64,000 nt of DNA from contig NIVC01000452.1 in NCBI GenBank assembly GCA_002269645.1, positions 1 through 64,000 on the forward strand. Reading direction: 5' to 3'. A model generated the notes under the pieces. It had not been told where the DNA came from and did not search any database. It worked only from the letters and a program-made list of their open reading frames with translations. Positions within the stretch are counted from its first letter, which is position 1, and each line of letters opens with the position of its first letter. This stretch comes from Macrostomum lignano (taxonomy: Eukaryota). This document shows positions 11,501 to 23,661 of the stretch, in pieces. The position numbers and the translations under genes are program-made.

Positions 11501-14029
11501 TTTAAATGGCAATACGTGACTGTTATGGCCAAAAGCAATTGTCTAAAATTGGCCGATTCACACCCACGAGGACCAACCCACAAGGCACAAAGAGTGTGTT
11601 AGCGTGTGCATGAGTGCTGTGCCGCGTACAGCATTGGCGCGCTTGTATTGTTCTCAGGAGCCAGCGGAATGGGCAGAGTTGCCTCAACATTTTAATGGGA
11701 CAGTGTCGTCGAAGGAGTTGCGCCAGGCCAGGGTGCCTGCAGCCTGCAACCCTCATGTATAAGTACGAGCGTGCTTAAAAAGGCCTTTTCCCAGCGATTT
11801 TACCCGCATGCTCCGCGACACGTCCATGACTACGACAAGTCGACGATCGATTATCGGCGTCACCTCCGTAAAGTTGATCTTCGTGTCCGGGTCAGTTATC
11901 TCCGGCCCGAACCGGAAGTCTTCGTGGCCCGCTAGCACGTCTCGCACGCTGGCTCCGGCCGGGCAGTGCCGGTAGTGCGGGTTCGGCGCGTCCGGGTTGT
12001 GCGCCAGGCCGCTTTGGCCGACGCTGGCGCAGAAGTGCCGCACCGCGCCAATGTAGACGGTGTACATAAGCGACGCCTCGGCTGTGGGCTGATCGGGGTT
12101 TAGAAAGAATCTACAGTTAGGCTCCAAAGTCAGCGTCTCCCGGTCGATTTTGCACCTGTCGTAGGTCTCGTTGTGAGCGAATATGCCGCTCAGGGCGGCC
12201 GAGCAGCGCACCGGGTGAAGCCGGTTGCCGCTCACGTAGCCGTGCGGCCCGGCGTGCCCGTTGAACTCGGCGAATGCGCCCCAGCGGAGCCGGCTGAACT
12301 CGCGCAGGATGACGCGGCTGACTGAAACAACAGAAAACCCGCTTCCCTGTAGCTCGCTGTGGCAGACACTCAGAAATTGAGTCCCAAGGTGATATCGAGT
12401 CCTAAGGTGAGATTGAGTCCTGAGGGGAGATCGAGTCCGAAGGTGAGATTGAGTCCTACGGTGCGATGGAGTCCTAAGGTGAGATTGAGAGCTCAAAGAT
12501 GAGACTTGGAGTCCTAAGGTAAGACTGGGTCCTAAGGTGAGATGGAGTCCTTAAGGTGAGAGATCGAGTCCTAAGGTGAGATTGAGTCCTAAGGTGAGAT
12601 CGAGTCCTAAGGTGAGATTGAGTCCTAAGGTGAGATCGAGTCCTAAGGTGAGATTGAGTTCTTAAGGTGAGAGATCGAGTCCTAACGTGAGATCGAGTCC
12701 TAAGGTGAGATTGACAGCTCAAAGATGAGACTGAGTCCTAAGGTGAGACTGAGTCCTGAGATTCGATTGAGGTGTACGAGATCGAGAGCAAGTCTCGCCA
12801 CTCACGAGTCTCCTCGTCCAGCGTAGTCACAGCCGGCCAGGGCAGCAGGGTGAACAGGCCGGGCTTCCCGCAGCCCAACGGCTGAGGCGTCCACGGCTCC
12901 TGGCTCCCATCCTGTGCGTTGTGCACCCGGAAGTGCGCCAACTCGTCCTGCCTGCCACTGGTTCCAAAGCGACTCGGCAATCCGGCGCTGCTCCAGCTGT
13001 CCGGAAGCAGAAATTTCACCGAGCCGAAAGCGTAAGACTTCCTGCCGTTCATTACGGGCTTCGTGGACACGGCCAAGAGTTCCGAAGCCAGCTGAAATGC
13101 TGTCTGGAACAATTTTTTGATTTGGATTCTGTTATTCAGTGCACAGCCCGTCGCACCTTCAGCTCACCGCACCTTCAGTTCACAGCACCTTCAGCTCACC
13201 GCACCTTCAGCTCACCGCACCTTCAGCACACCGCACCTTCAGCTCACCGCACCTTCAGCTCAACGCACCTTCAGCTCACCGCACCTTCAGCTCACCGCAC
13301 CTTCAGCTCACCGCACCTTCAGCTCACCGCACCTTCAGCTCACCTCATCTTCAGCTCACCTCATCTTCAGCTCACCGCATCGCACCTTCAGCTCACCACA
13401 CCTTCAGCTCACCTCATCTTCAGCTCACCTCATCTTCAGCTCACCTCATCTTCAGCTCACCGCATCGCACCTTCAGCTCACCACACCTTCAGCTCACCGC
13501 ACCTTCAGCTCACCTCATCTTCAGCTCACCGCACCTTCAGCTCACCGCATCGCACCTTCAGCTCACCGCACCTTCAGCTCACCTCATCTTCAGCTCACCG
13601 CACCTTCAGCTCACCGCACCTTCAGCTCACCGCACCTTCAGCTCACCGCACCTTCAGCTCACCTCATCTTCAGCCCACCCACCTTCAGGCCACCCCAACC
13701 TCAACCATTAGTCCATCGCACATACACTACCCCACCTAGCCACCTCACGTACCCACCTCACCTCGGTAACAAAACTTAGACAGACTAATTAATCTTCATA
13801 TACTATTTACCTAATTATCTACATCAGTCATTTGCAAAGAATCGCATTCCTCACTCACCTTCAGCTTCCCTAACGCAGTCCTGTTGACAGGTACGCCTGA
13901 ATCGATGGACACTCGAATCCCGCTGAATCGGCCGTCCGATCCCAATTCAATGCCGGATGATCCCAGCTGACCGCAGCACAGCAGCGCTGATAGAATAATC
14001 CAAATCAATTCACAATTCATGAGCTTCAT
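5525..14029 (-). CDS. CLCA: Calcium-activated chloride channel regulator (CLCA)-like protein, 9 exons, 1109 aa: signal peptide, CLCA_N (degenerate protease), Cys-rich region, vWA, beta-rich region, FN3, Ser/Thr stalk, C-terminal TM
   Basis: Exons 13859-14029, 12806-13103, 11804-12321, 10918-11145, 10006-10314, 9542-9781, 7993-8296, 7467-7745, 5525-6507; all GT-AG, phases consistent, total 3330 nt. Motifs match recalled CLCA1: GCGKPG, LRWGAFAEF, VMDVSRSM (MIDAS), LLITDGE, FTVDSSV, PGRWK, DHGAGADVSPNDGIYS, PPTRVTD, WTSVGDQLDSGAASRYLIR. Confidence 0.92.
5700..6210 (-). repeat. Coding 24-bp tandem repeat encoding (SSESSTTS)n mucin-like stalk in the CLCA last exon
   Basis: In frame within ORF 5525-6532, between FN3-like sequence and a hydrophobic segment (YMVIVLALIFAPSIAALLGSFLLFV). 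Confidence 0.9.
6540..7260. repeat. About 32-34-bp minisatellite (AAAGACACAATTGGAAGACCGGAAGACACAAATT) in CLCA intron 8
   Basis: Read directly. Confidence 0.9.
9817..9980. repeat. 7-bp repeat (CTGGCTA/CTGGCCA)n in CLCA intron 5
   Basis: Read directly. Confidence 0.9.
12385..12760. repeat. 18-bp minisatellite (GAGTCCTAAGGTGAGATY) in CLCA intron 2
   Basis: Read directly; gives the HLRTRS/HLRTQS ORFs. Confidence 0.9.
13150..13690. repeat. 16-bp minisatellite (CACCTTCAGCTCACCG) in CLCA intron 1
   Basis: Read directly. Confidence 0.92.
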
Positions 14030-14494
14030 CAGAAATAGCAGAAGACTTCAAACTGACAGGTGCAGTATGATATTTTCAGGCAGACCAATGGTCTCAAATA
14101 TCTGCAGCTACTAAAGATAATAAATGTTCTCAAGTGTGTTGCAAGCTTGAGCAACCACACTTTTGAATTGATAAGAATTTTATTTTTAAAACAAAAAGCG
14201 TACAAAGTCAGCAGTAGTTGGCTCTGAGACTTGCAATTTTTCCTGCAGGCAATTTAACATTCCTAGATAGAGAGTATTGCTAAACCAATGCTGGTAGGAG
14301 TGTACATCATTGGTTATCTAGAAATTTTTGTCCGAGTGAGCTCAACTTTTTTATTTTTTAGATTCCATCCTGCCTTGAACTGACGGAATGCTTGTACTAT
14401 GTCGAATATTGCTCAGGCAGGGGCTGAGCTCTATTTTATCTTTTGGATGGGGACGGTACATGCTGGAAAGTGGATTGGTTTCTGGATGAATATT

Positions 14495-14930
14495 TTCGTC
14501 TACTGGAAGGTTGCCGAGTTGATGATTGTAGACGGAAAGGTTGCCGATTGGATGATTGTAGACTAGAAGGTTTCCGATTGGATGACTATAAACTGGAAGG
14601 TTGCCGATTGGATGATTGTAGATTGGAAGGTTGCCGATTGGATGACTATAAACTGGAAGGTTGCCGATTGGATGATTGTAGATTGGAAGGTTGCCGATTG
14701 GATGATTGTAGACTGGAAGGTTGCCGAGTGGATGATTGTAGACTGGAAGGTTGCCGAGTGGATGATTGTAGACTGGAAGGTTGCCGATCGGATGATTGTA
14801 GACAGGAAAGTTGCTGATTGGATGACTATAGACTGGGAAGGTTTCCGATTGGATGACTATAGACTGGAAGGTTGCCGAGTGGAGGACTGTAGACTGGAAG
14901 GTTGCCGAGTGGAGGATTGTAGACTGGAAG
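14495..14930. repeat. 30-bp minisatellite (GGATGATTGTAGACTGGAAGGTTGCCGATT) upstream of CLCA
   Basis: Read directly. Confidence 0.92.
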
Positions 14931-15249
14931 TTATCCATGAGGTTCCGTATGGAAGTCTAATGAAGTTTTTTGGCTAAACATATAATAAAATAATTACTGA
15001 AATCCCCATGATTAGGCAATATAATTCCCAATTGCATAGTTTGCCCCATGCAGCAGTACTGCACCACTCCTTTTTTTGTTATTAGAGGCAGGGGGTTGTG
15101 TGCACCCTGGCGCACTTTAAGTGACATAGGCACACAGCCGGCGAGAGGCATTACTGCCCATTCTGCCGACTCCCCTGAGCAGGCATACAAGCGCGCGGAT
15201 ACGTACGCAGGCACACACTCACACAGGAGTGTACAGCGGCCCTAACTTT

Positions 15250-15434
15250 ATATTATCGTTAGGCATGTACACTTCACTGCGCCTTAGGGGGGTTGGCTCT
15301 CAAGGCCGTTAATTGCACGAGCAGAGCCAAGCCGAGATTCCAATTCAGCCCCAAATTAATGTGACTGCACTTGGAATCGAGCCTGGGTCGCTGGCACACC
15401 AGAGCAGCTGCGCTACCGCTGGGCTACGGCCCCC
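15250..15434 (-). mobile_element. tRNA-derived SINE
   Basis: Minus strand head GGGGCCGTAGCCCAGCGGTAGCG (A box) ... GGCTCGATTCC (B box, 15373-15383); the tail resembles 43771-43812. Confidence 0.65.
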
Positions 15435-16607
15435 TGCACCACTCCTTACTCCATCAGTCTACAAGCTAGTCCCGCACCAACCGCGGGGTAATGAAAAAAT
15501 TCCAAATGAAAAATGCCATTTCCAATTTAATTAAGTGTCGCATAGGAAAAAAACAATTTTTGGGGGATGAGAGATAGACGAGAGGGTAAGAGAGATGCAG
15601 ACAGACAGCGGTTAGAGATGAGAGCAGGCGACTATATCGATCCATTCCGTTTGAGAACAATAGGCTGTCTGCGTGACTTCTCCGCTGCTAAATACATCTG
15701 CTTTTGGGCAGAGGGGAAGAAGCGTTATAGCTTTAAGAGCTGTTGTTGGGATTCGCCTGATCCTCCCCCCCCCCGATGGGGTACCTGTACAGCAGTTGTG
15801 GCTTCAATGCGACTGGATGCGGAGTCGGTAGCTAAGAGACAGCTGTTTGGTTGCTGCACTCCTCTAGTTCGACCAGACTGCACTGTAAAACTAGTAAGCA
15901 GCTGCATGTTGCCCTCCCACTGCAGTAACTACCGTGGAGCATTGTCTAGACTCAATCTTCTAAAGACTCAAGTTGCGAGTTGGTCATCTCGCGTCGCAGT
16001 TTCCATGGCGATTGATCCGGCTTTGCGCGACGAAATTTGGCGCCAAAATTTGATACGCGAGGCGCTTCTTGATCGGCAGAGGCGAGTTCGATTCGAAAAT
16101 ATTAGCATACTTTAGTTTAGCATGCTTTAGGGACGCGAACATTTGGTATCATGGTGGGCGCCTATGACTCTTGGTGAGTGCCCCCCTACCCTTGCCTTCG
16201 GCCGGTAGATGCCGCGTCCAAGAGGCCCAAAAGTTGAGCTCCTGTCATTTGTCGAGCTTGGTTACCCTTTGGGGGCTTTTGGGGCCTGCTAGCTGTGCGC
16301 ACGACATATGTACTAGCATGCATAAATTAATCAATGATGAAAATTCATGCATTCCTTTTTGTAGAGATGAGCAGTGGGGATTTCTAGCCAACTACGATCA
16401 ACGCGTAAGTGTTAGCTCTACAGCGCGTACATGGCATATGTATTTCGGCGCATGTACATGCTTGTATCTGGTACAGTTTTAGAAGTTTACCTCAATTTCA
16501 GGGCCAACCAAAGACAGCAGCTAAGCATGGCTCCGAAGGGGGAACAGAACGAAGTCTACTGGACACCTCTGACAGGTTGGCAGTCACAGTGCCCAGCACG
16601 GAGGCTG

Positions 16608-16621
16608 GTAACTATGGCAAC
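16608..16621. promoter_or_regulatory. RFX X-box motif GTAACTATGGCAAC
   Basis: Exact fit to the GTHNYY-AT-RRNAAC consensus; target gene unknown. Confidence 0.35.
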
Positions 16622-16930
16622 AAGGTCGGTAGCCAGACTGGTCAGCTGATCGCGAATCTGCAGAATCGTAGCGAGGCTAGCAACAGGCGAAAAAAGATGG
16701 ACAAAGATTTTGTGTTCAGTTGATAAAATTGAAATTTATAAAAGACCCTAACGCAGCTTTTTGGTCCTGAACGTACATTTACGAGCGTACTCGTGACGCC
16801 TTCGTAAACTATAAAGGCTCAAAGAGCTGTTCGACTTGGCGAAGAACTCTTACACGTTTTTATTCATTAATTATGTACTCTCTCAAGTAACATTTTAAAA
16901 CTTTTCAATGTAATATTTCCTCAAGCTATC

Positions 16931-19900
16931 TGTTGTGTATTGCAAAGGCATGCGATGCGTAGGGGTAGTTCCACCGCGGACTTGTTTACGCATAGTTCCA
17001 GAAGTTTCCTTCCCCGGTCTTTCTAGAACTTTCCTTCCCCGCGTGCATAAATATACGAGCCGCCCTCCTATTGGCCAAGCCCTCTTTTGGTGCCACTGGG
17101 CGCCCGGATAATTAATCTATCTTGTTTCTGCGTTCGTTAATTCAACAACAGAACATTGGCGACGAGGATGGCGGCTAGCATCCCTGCACCCACGCCCTTC
17201 CTGGCGAACCGACAGTACCATGGAGCCGATGGATTGAGGCCTTTGAATTTTATTACGAGGCGGCCCAATTCAAGGAGCCCGAAGGGAAGGAAGAGGCGAA
17301 ACCGCTGAAGAGGAGCCTTCTGCTCCATCTGCTTGGATTCGAAGGTCAGCGGGTTGCTCGAGCACGCCAAGCAATCAAGGAGAACGACACGTTCGCAGCA
17401 ACTAAGGCGGAGCTCGAGAAGATTTTCGGCGAGAAGCCCAACGTGATGGTGGCCAGATATCGCTTCCGCCAGCGCCAGCAGCTACCCGGCGAGGACGTCA
17501 AGACCTTCGTGGCAGCCCTGAGGGAGCTGACGGAGCTGTGCAACTACGGCGCGATACAGGACGATCTCATCAGAGACCAGCTGGCTGAGAAGACCAGTAA
17601 CCCCAGAATCCGAGAGAGGCTGCTGACGGAGAAGGTGGAGGACCTCAACCTGGCGAAAGCACTCAGCATCGCGGTCTCCATCGAGGAAGCCTCCAAAGAA
17701 GCCAAGGCGATGGCGCCATCAACCTCGAGCACGGCAGCCGTCCAATCGATCCGACAGCCGAGGGGCCAGAAGGTCGCTGCAAAGGGGAGGCACCGCCCAG
17801 CACCAGCTGGCAGGACGGCCAAACCCGGCGGCGCTTGCACACGCTGCGGGCGAGACCACGGACCGACGGCCCCCTGTCCGGCCAAGGGCAAGACATGCGA
17901 CGCCTGTGGCAAGAAAAACCACTTCCGGAGTTGCTGTCGCAGCCAGCAGGCTGTTGTCAATGCCGCGGACGAGGTGATCACAGTCTACGCAGTGCCAGGT
18001 GGCGACAGGGAGGTCCGGGCGACGCTGGAACTCGGACCGGACAGGACCGCTGTCAGCCTGATGGTGGACTGCGGCGCAAGGGTGTCGCTGCTGTCCCGAC
18101 AGACCGCCGATCGGATCTCAGGTGCAGTCACCTCTCCCACTACGACGAAGCTGCGTGCCTACGGCGGACTGCCGATCCAGCTAAGTGGTGTCACCGAGCT
18201 GGAGGTGCGCTACGGCGACAAGGCGATGCAGCACCGGTTCTTCGTTGCGCCAGGCGGCGACAACATCGTGGATAGAGACCTGATGGAGAAGCTGGGCTTC
18301 CGAGTCGACCTTAGCGGGCAGCCGCCCGGAATCGCGGAGGTCAGCGACTTGACGGCGGACTTGCAGGCGCGGTACCCAACGACCTTCAGCGGTGCGATAG
18401 GATGCTGCGCCGGCGCTGTACACCAGCCCAAGGTCGACCCAGCAGTGCGACCCGTCCAGCAGCCACTCCGCCGCCTGCCCCTCATGCGACAGGAGCAGGT
18501 CGGTGCCGAACTCGACAAGATGGAGAAGGACGGCATCATCGAGCGAGTCAACGCTAGCGAGTGGGTCTCCAATCTAGTGGTGACGGCGAAGAAGGGTGGC
18601 AGCATCCGAATCTACGTCGACGTTCGCGAGCCGAACAAGGCACTAATCGTCGACAAGCACCCGATGCCACAGCTGGACGAGATTGCCTCGAAGATCAAGA
18701 AAGGCCGTGGCCGAGTGTTCAGCAAGATTGATCTGAAGTCGGGCTACATGCAGATGCAGCTGCATGAATCGAGCCGCAATCTGACAGCCTTCATCACGCA
18801 CAAGGGGCTCTTCCGCTATCGTCGAGTTCCCTTCGGCCTGGCATCGGCACCAGCTGCTTTCCAGCGCATGCTCGACGATCAGGCCGCCGACCTCGACGGA
18901 GTGGAGCACATCCTGGATGACTTCATCGTGTACGGGCGCAGCGAGGAGGAGCACGATCGACGACTGGAGAAGTTGCTCCAGCGCCTCGAGGACAAGGGCA
19001 TGACGGTGAACAAGCAGAAGTGCGCCTTCAAGCAGAAAGAGGTCGAATTCTTCGGATTCGTGATCTCGGAGGCCGGCATCCGGCCAACGGAGTCAGCCAC
19101 AGCGGGGACGCCGGAGTGCCAACGGGCGTTCGAGGCTGTGAAGGACGCCATCAGCAAGGCACCGACGCTCGCCCACTTCGACCCGAAGGCCGACACTATT
19201 GTCACCACGGACGCCAGCGCCAAGGCCATCGGAGCCCAGCTGTCGCAGATCCAGGACGGCGTCGAGCGACCGGTCGCCTTCGCCGCCCGAGCGCTGACGA
19301 CGACGGAACAGCGCTACGCCGCGAACGAGCGCGAGGCACTGGCTAGCCTCTGGGCGATGGAGAAGTGGCATTTCTACCTCTACGGTCGCCACTTCGAGCT
19401 GCGCACAGATCATCAGGCGCTGCAGCAGCTGCTTCTCGGACCGACCGGCACGGGACACCGGCCACTGCGGATCCACAGGTGGTGCGACCGGCTGCTGCAG
19501 TACGACTTCCATGTGCGCTACCTGCCAGGAAACAGCAACTACGTGGCCGATCTGCTGTCCCGGTGGAGCAGCGGATCGGAGCTGAACCTGATCCACCTGC
19601 CCGACACTCCAGGCCCGAGAGTCAAGGCGGTCACACTGGAAGCACTTACCGCAGGGACCTCGGCTGACGAGACACTGAGGACAGCCATCAGGAGCGTCAT
19701 CAGCGGCCGGTGGCCAGCTGACATCGACGACGTCGAGCTGCGGGCTCTCTGGAAGGTGCGCGAACAGCTCAGCGTCTGGAACAACGGCAAATGCCTCGCC
19801 TTCCAGGAGAGAGCAGTCATCCCGGAGTCTCTCCGCGGCCAGCTTCTCGAGCAGGCACGAAGGGCACCAGGGCATCGTGCGCACCAAGCAGGCGCTCCGC

Positions 19901-21277
19901 GACTCAGTCTGGTGGCCCGCCATGGACAAGGCGGTCGAGACCTTCGTGCGACACTGCGTAGCGTGCGAGACAGCCGAGAAGAACTTTAAGGTCAGTCCGG
20001 CCCCGCTCCAGACCATACGCTGGCCAGATTCACCATGGGCAGAGATCGCCGTGGACATCGTCGGAGAACTGCAGGCGGCGCCGGCCTCCAGCAGGTACCT
20101 CATCGTCGTGACTGACCTGCACAGCAAGTGGCCGGAGGTCATCCCGACGGCCAGCATCACCACGGAGACCATCTGCCGAGCAATGCGCAGCCTGTTCGCA
20201 AGGTGGGGGCTGTGCGAGAAGGTGCTGACGGACAACGGCCCGCAGTTTGGCAGCGAGTTCTCGGACTTCTTGGCCGAGCAGGGCATCCGGCACGTCAAGA
20301 CCAGCCTCTACCATCCGCAGACCAACGGCCAGACGGAGCGTCTCAATCGGTCGCTGCTCGCCAGCATCAGAGCGGCCATGGCGGAGAACAGGCCGTTTCA
20401 AGACGCCATGACCAACTTCTTGTCTGCCTACCGGAGCTCCAAGCACAGCCTGACGGGCAAGTCACCGGCCGAGCTCATGCTGGGTCGGAAATGGCGCACC
20501 GCGATCACCATGCTGTCTCCCGGAGGGGGGATGACAACGACCGAGGCGACGCCTCAGGTACTGCGGCAGCAAATCGAGGCGCGGCAGCAGCAGATTAAGG
20601 CCTACACCGATGCCAGACGAAGGGCCCGCCCCGAGACGTTCCACCCCGGCGAGTGGGTGAGAATCCGACGGCCCACCAAGAAGGGCAAGCTGGGTACCCG
20701 CCTCTCACAGCCACTACAAGTGCTCCGTCAGGCGGGACACCACGCGGTCGAGCTCAGCGACGGCACCAGATGGAACCAGCAGCGGCTGATCCGAACGCCG
20801 CACCCGGCGCAGCCGAGAGAGCGGTTCGACCCACTGGTGGACTCGGCGCCAACGACCGGAGCCGGCACGGCGGCACCGGCGGCACCGGCGGCGGAGCCTC
20901 CGGCAAGAACAGCAGCGCCCCGCCGATCTGAGCGAGCCAGGCACCCGCCGATACGCTTCATGAACTGCCGCTGGGACTGATTAAAGTGAAGCTTGGGGAC
21001 TGTTGGACTCCTTGAAGGAGGGGAAGAATGTTGTGTATTGCAAAGGCATGCGATGCGTAGGGGTAGTTCGGGGACAGCGTTTCTAGAAACTTCCACCGCG
21101 GACTTGTTTACGCATAGTTCCAGAAGTTTCCTTCCCCGGTCTTTCTAGAACTTTCCTTCCCCGCGTGCATAAATATACGAGCCGCCCTCCTATTGGCCAA
21201 GCCCCTCTTTTGGTGCCACTGGGCGCCCGGATAATTATCTATCTTGTTTCTGCGTTCGTTAATTCAACAACAGAACA
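16931..21277 (+). mobile_element. Ty3/Gypsy (Mag-like) LTR retrotransposon, full structure but decayed
   Basis: LTRs 16931-17155 and 21029-21277 (TG..CA); 5-bp TSD CTATC; PBS TGGCGACGAGGATGG (tRNA-Ser GCT type) at 17157-17171; PPT GAAGGAGGGGAAGAA at 21014-21028. Confidence 0.95.
17168..20980 (+). pseudogene. Gag-pol of the Mag-like element: Gag with two Cys/His knuckles, protease (VDCGA), RT (ILDD), RNase H (TDAS), integrase (HHCC, DDE)
   Basis: ORFs 17443-19989 and 19877-20980. Frameshift near 17200 in gag; in-frame loss of the RT-RNase H connection near 19105 (GIRPTESATA|GTPECQ); frameshift near 19860 in the integrase HxxxH motif. Confidence 0.9.
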
Positions 21278-21612
21278 CTATCGTATATGTCAAAGCATTC
21301 TGCAATTGCCTTTTACATAGGTACAGTATCAGAATTTATATAGAGGATATCCAAAAATACTTAATAATTTTGAATGATTTTAAACGACGATACTGTACGA
21401 GTCCTGGTCGGCGAGTAATCGAGTTCCGAGTAAATAAAATACATGTATGAAATATAGCTTTTCAAACATACAGAATCTATGAAAATAGTACGTGCCTCAG
21501 ATCGGTGAAAGTAGCACGGAAGACCTATATTGTTATCTCGGTCACAAATTTAGTTCAAGACACTTACATTTATACCAAGTATACAGATGGTTGACTTTGC
21601 TGCAGGCTACTA

Positions 21613-22304
21613 TAGAATAGAAAAAACGCATAGGGTTACAGAATCCTAGCGCGCACGCGTTCGCGAAACAGCTCAGAGGGGCAGAGATCAGCTGTGTCAC
21701 TCGGGGTCAGGTCAAGGTCGCTGAGGTCGTCAGTCAGAGTCTGGATCAGCGTGGCAGCACGGCCTTGGCCGCGTCGAAGCCGTTCTCGCGGTGGGTGAAG
21801 CAGCGCCATCGCGAGAGGGTTGGCTTCACCGCTACCGTGCCGTCGCAGAAACGTGGCCGGCGAGGGTTTGTCGCCGCCGCAGGATAACGCTGAGAGGTGG
21901 AAGGCCGGTGCGCCGTTCGAGATCGCGGTTCGAGATGGTCTCGGGGAATCGGATGCCGAGTGTGTAGCGGAGAAGCGCCCGGTAGATGCCGTTTAGCGCG
22001 TTTTCCCGGGTGGTAGTCACCGGTACGGTTTCCAGTCCGTAGAGCAGGATCGGTTCGACTGTGGCGCGGAACAACTTGATCTTGAGGGCTTCGGGCGCTG
22101 CGGAGCTGAAGATAGGGCTGATCTTGACTGCAGCACGCAAGGCTTGTGCTTTCCGGTCCATGATGATATCTTCAGGATTCAAGATCAGCGCGCCCAGGTA
22201 GCGGAAGTCTTGGCAGGTTGAGATCGCTTCGCCGCTCGGCAGGCTCAGCTCGGGCGCGGTGCTGGTGCCGATGTGCATCATTTCGGTTTTTCTCCCGTTG
22301 ACAA
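21613..22304 (-). mobile_element. 5'-truncated non-LTR retrotransposon (RTE-like), RT C-terminal fragment
   Basis: FRYLG ... KLFRATVEPILLYGLET ... LLRYTLG ... ISN ... AGHV, then frameshifted RRGQGRAAT..DDL; flanked by GCTACTA (21606-21612, 22305-22311) as a candidate 7-bp TSD. Confidence 0.8.
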
Positions 22305-23661
22305 GCTACTAGTTGCCAGAAGATCGACTACTACTCTACTCTGACCGTTGACAGGACCGCGTAGTTGCAGGCTACTACGCGGCCCGTATAAATTTCCTCG
22401 GTTCAGATTAGCGGGGAGACGTCGCCTCCATGACCCATTCAGCTACATGTAAACCTGGCAGGCGACCCGACGATACATGTAAGACAGTTTTTGCATTACA
22501 TTACATGTCCGATCCTGGCAATCCGTAAAAATTCTTGTAATATGAGCAATTTATTTTGGTAGCTACACAAATTAATGATCAATCGGAGTCTCCTCTAATT
22601 TTGTAATTTTATAGCATAGTCTAAATGCATTATTAAGCCACAGAAAATAAGCTAAAGGCTGGACTTAAATTTGGGGGGTCATTCCCGAGGCTAGCAATGA
22701 GTAAAAGTTAGCAGATTTAAAATCTTGTTTATTTGATAATATAACAAATAAAACAATTTTGATTTAACTTTCAAAAAAATTAAAATTGTAATGTGTGTTG
22801 TTGCTAACTTAAAAAAATAGGTTGTTTATCATTAATTCTGAACTTCCATTTTTACTCTAAACCATAATCATAATCTTAACCCGCGCGATCAATGGCAATT
22901 GACTAAAATTTCTTAGTGTGACGAGTTTATTTAGTTCGAGAACATGGGACTGATGCGCGTGCGCGTGCTGAGTCTGAGTGTTGATCTTGTCCTAGGCCAA
23001 TATACGTATTATTAATTTAACAACTCAATTGCTAGTCTGAATAATGGTGAGTAGGTCAGAAGCAGTATGGCAATGCCAACTATTTACCAAAGGGTAATCT
23101 GAGACGATAATATAATGCTAATGCCACCCAGCCTACGGGAACTAAGACCAACACACAGAGCGCAGGACACTACACAAAAACTATCAAGAAGCAAAATTTG
23201 AATAACTGCACTAATTGAAAATAGAAAAACAAAATTAAACCAAATGGGGAAAGTAACTAAAAAAATAGTTACAAACATTAGACCAAAATAGATATAGTTT
23301 TAAATATTAATTGCAAAAACCATAAATACGAAATTGAACATTTTCAATACAGAAGCGACGACGTTACACCCGCCCCTTTCCGCAAAAATTAGGGAACGGC
23401 CTGGCGATCTTATGAATTCGAAAATAACAGGGCTTAAAATGTAATAAAATGTCAACGAAAGTTGTTATTTGAGCGCACTCGAACTCCACAAATATTGGTT
23501 GGGAATAAAAGCAGTAGACGATCGATTAAGCAATAAGTAACGATATAAAATTCAGTAATATAACTATTGTATATTCGCGAAAAATTAATTGAGAGACAAA
23601 CGGTCAGAAGGAATCAAAAGTGGATTAAGACATACGAGCGAACGAAACGCCAAAGGAGGCC

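Noticed and set aside
19093-20298. 401-aa antisense ORF over the Mag pol; also 17544-17981 and 5706-6335
   Set aside because: Shadow ORFs of GC3-rich or repetitive coding sequence.
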